From: Squalus acanthias
Lineage: Eukaryota
Length of the DNA: 64,000 nt
Assembly: GCA_030390025.1 (NCBI GenBank)
Contig: CM059431.1
Location: 115,260,001-115,324,000 of the forward strand
Reading direction: 5' to 3'
Below the pieces are notes generated by a model. The model was given only the letters and a program-made list of their open reading frames with translations, ran no database searches and was not told where the DNA came from. Made by a program: the position numbers and the translations under genes. Below are positions 60,561-64,000 of the stretch, piece after piece (positions within the stretch are counted from its first letter, which is position 1; each line of letters starts with the position of its first letter).

Positions 60561-62149
60561 GAACCAAGATGAGCCTTGCTGTATGTGAAGCCACAAGCTT
60601 TCTTCCTTTTTTTATTTTGTTCCTTCTTTGGAAAACTTGCTCCAGGAAATGTAGTTCTCTCTGTCATGCATACAATATTTTTGTCATAAAAGTAAAAATG
60701 GCTGTGCCCTTTATTCTGTACTACTACTACTTTCATATGACGGGAAAAGCTTCTAATGGGATGTCTAGTTAGGCTATCCATTCGATGGGCTCCAAAGATG
60801 CCGAGTGGAGAAATGAGGTGCTCCCAGGAGTTAGAATGCCACCATGTTGAAGTGACTGCCATTGTGGATACAAAGTGAACTCCCAATTTTCAAACTGTTT
60901 CACTGTCCATGTACAAGTATAATTTCTTTATCCTGCAACATTAAAAAAGGATATATTTATAGTTATAAACTGAAATTTGGGTCCTATAAAGAGAAACCTG
61001 AATTTCAGGTTGTTACAGGCACATCATTGGCAGTTTGGTGGGGCATGGGGAGGCTTGTGTGTCTGTTGTATCCCTGCTAGTCTGGTGGGGAAGTAACCAG
61101 GGGACATAAGCAAACGGAAATGCCAATTTCACCGTGCTCAGTAATATGGGTGCCGCTGCCTCACCCTACCATCTGTAACTTCAATAACGCACGGGGCTGA
61201 AAATCCACAGGGGTGAACATCCTGGTGTAAGTGCTGCCGACCTCACCAACGTTCGCAGGGTCAGGGGGCAGATCCCTCAATTGTCCTATCAGCGGCAGGC
61301 GTCTGTGCCACCAGGGTTGCAGCTAAGGCACCCACAAGCTATATGAGCCACAAATTGCATGTAGCTGGCTGGGTGGGAGTGGGGGGGCGGGTTGCAGTTG
61401 GGAGACCCCCTCAACCCCCCCCAGAAAGAATTTTTAATTGGAAACTGTAGCTGCATGATGTTGCATGAATTTATCAGTAATGTCCTTAAAGTCTTAACAA
61501 GAATTGTTAGTCACTCATTTATTGTTAATGCTGATTAGTTAATTTTTGGAAGGTTAATGCTAAACATTGATAATAGTTTGTTAGCACTTCCTACCAATAT
61601 TACACCTCATTTTACTCACTTACTTTTGAATTAAACTGTTGAACAGAGAAAAGTATGTGTCACCCAACACAGCATTCATTTTAAATATGTCGTGAAGATT
61701 TTATTGCACAACCAGTTGTGTTCGATGCTTTCTGTAAACTGAGGGCAGTGCTTGATCTCGGGCCTGTCACCGTTTTTTTTATATGGGAAATATTATTAAG
61801 CAGGCACCTTATGTGCAGCAGAGTTTGTCAACAGGCATTTGTTGCTTCAAGCAATGACCTCCTGTTGCCACAAGGCCTTTGAAGGGGTGTTAGACAGGAA
61901 GCAGTGAGGTGTGAATGATACCGGGAGAGCGAGCAGGAACTGCTTGAAATGGACTCAGGTGGGAGCCAACACATTTGCAAGTCGGCCGACTCCTTCCTGA
62001 CTGCAACTCAGGACAATCTCTTAAAGGTAACCTTCTGGTAGTACAGACTCGAGTTTCTTTTGAGTGCAGTTCCCCTGTTTTGTTGAAATAACATGACATG
62101 TTTCTGTGTGTCAGATAGCTTTATTCATTTCAACGAGTCTTGTAAACAG

Positions 62150-62704
62150 TCTGACTATTACAGCGCACTCCTGGCTGGCCTCCCATCTTCCACCCTCCAT
62201 TTACTTAAACTCATTCAAAAACTCGGCTGCCCATGTCCTAACTCGCACCAAGACCCGTTCACCCATCACCCCTGTGCTCGCTGACCTACATTGGCTCCCA
62301 GTTGAGGAACGGCTCGATTTTAAAATTCTCGTCCTTGTTTTCAAATCCCTCCATGGCCTCGCCCCTCCCTGTCCCTGTAGCTCCACTAGTCCTACAACCA
62401 TCCTAGGTATTTGCGCTCCTCCAATTCTGGTCTCTTGCACATCCCCGATTCTAATCGCTCCACCATTTGCGGCCGTGCCTTCAACTGCCTAGGCCCTAAG
62501 CTCTGGGATCCATCCCTAAACCTCTCCACCTTCCCTTTTCTCCTTTAAGATGCTCCTTAAAACCTACCTCTTTGACCAAGCCTTTGGTCACCTGTCCTGA
62601 TATCTCCTTATGTGGCTCTGTGTCAAATTTTGTTTGATAACGCTCCTGTGAAGCGCCTTTGGACATTTTACTATGTTAAAGGCGCTGTATAAATACAAGT
62701 TGTT
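62150..62704 (+). mobile_element. L2 LINE 3' fragment
   Basis: Same L2 3' block and tail. Confidence 0.88.
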
Positions 62705-63351
62705 GGTTTCGCTCTGAAGTTTCTCATTATTAGAAATGATCTGCTCCTGGTAATTCATGAGCACCAGCACCAAATGACAGCTGAATGAATTTCCATTTGC
62801 TTCTTTAAATATTAAAAACACCGTTAAAGAAAACGTAAGTGAAGCCCACCTTTTCGGTAGGGTTTCCCAAAATCAGGGCTGGCACGCATGATCTTTGACC
62901 TCGCTTTCCTCCTATCATATAACAAAGCCATCGGACTAAAGTTACCAGTTTTTAAAGTTTCAATGAAAGCAGCTGCAAAAAAAAAATCAAAATTTATGCC
63001 GTAACCACTCCACTAAATGCTATTATTTAATTGTGCATTGACACCCACACAAGTGCCTAGTAGTGTCTTGAAGCATTGTTTTGCCAAATTTATTTGGTGG
63101 CTGGAAATGCTGCTTTGTGGTGCCAAACCAATATAAATTTTCCATTTATGTCTAGTACCAGCACACTTTAGTTTCCAGTGCATCTACATTTTATTCAGGA
63201 TGTAAAGGAGGAAATGTCTTCCTGATGAATTGCAATTTAAGAGGCCATTTTCTCCCAACGATGAAAGGATGTGGAGCAATAGCTTAAAAAAAGGCACTAA
63301 AAAGTCACAATAGTATCACATCCAAATGATGCAATAATGGGGCCGGTTTTC

Positions 63352-63590
63352 ATAAGAACATAAGGACATAAGAATTAGGAGCAGGAGTAGGCCATACGGC
63401 CCCTCGAGCCTGCTCCGCCATTCAATAAGATCATGGCTGATCTTCGACCTCAACTCCACTTTCCTGCCCTATCCCCGTATCCCTTGATTCCCCTAGGGTC
63501 CAAAAATCTATCGATCTCAGCCTTGAATATACACAACGACTCTCAGCATCCACAGCCATTTGGGGCAGAGAATTCCAAAGATTCACAGCC
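63352..63590 (-). mobile_element. CR1 LINE 3' end
   Basis: (cataagaa)n tail and a 3'UTR nearly identical to 24904-24990. Confidence 0.9.
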
Positions 63591-64000
63591 CTTGTAATGG
63601 AATAGCCATATTTCAGAAAAATACACCATTCTATGAACAGAATTCTGATTTTATTAAAACATGACAAACTGGGTTTAAAAATCTAAAAGCCTCAACGACA
63701 CAAGCTGTGAATACAGGCTTCTGAGATAAGATGAGTCACGAAGTTGTAAACACCATACAAGCTTTTGAAATGGGAAATGGTTGTAAATACTAAGACAATG
63801 GCCTCATTGAAACGGAGGGTTGTAGGTTCCAAGGAGTCTGCAGTTTGGAACCAACACAATAGCTATACCCAGTTTAAAGTGTTAAAAGCTAACACGTCAA
63901 ACAGAAACACAGACATTAAAAAACCATGTGCCTTTGTAAAAGTAACATCAAATGAAACAGGAAACACGATTATATGTATAACCAACTAAGATGGCTAGGA

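Overview
Vertebrate genomic DNA, very probably a shark or other cartilaginous fish (inferred from the HE1/V-SINE-, DeuSINE-, CR1- and Penelope-type repeats and from the Sprouty sequence). The only host protein-coding gene I can support is SPRY2 on the minus strand. Its CDS lies in one exon at 41848-42813, with a probable non-coding first exon at about 46674-47100, an intron of about 3.8 kb and a 3'UTR of about 1 kb. The rest is repeat-dense intergenic DNA. It holds one full-length but inactivated Harbinger transposon (10933-15111, CAT target-site duplication) and three older Harbinger relics. There is also a three-layer nested insertion: a CR1 LINE with an uninterrupted APE+RT ORF2, inside a ~1.6 kb solo LTR, inside an L2 LINE. 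MITEs of three superfamilies and many SINE/LINE fragments fill the remainder. The most notable signals are (1) a young Penelope-type insertion forming a perfect 91-bp inverted repeat with a minimal hammerhead ribozyme on each strand (33988-34211); (2) an out-of-frame 33-aa uORF overlapping the SPRY2 start; (3) four 8-mer miRNA seed sites clustered in the SPRY2 3'UTR; (4) four LF-SINE-like copies around SPRY2; and (5) an inverted duplication just upstream of the promoter. Repeat family names and cross-species comparisons come from recalled knowledge, not searches, and most repeat boundaries are approximate.
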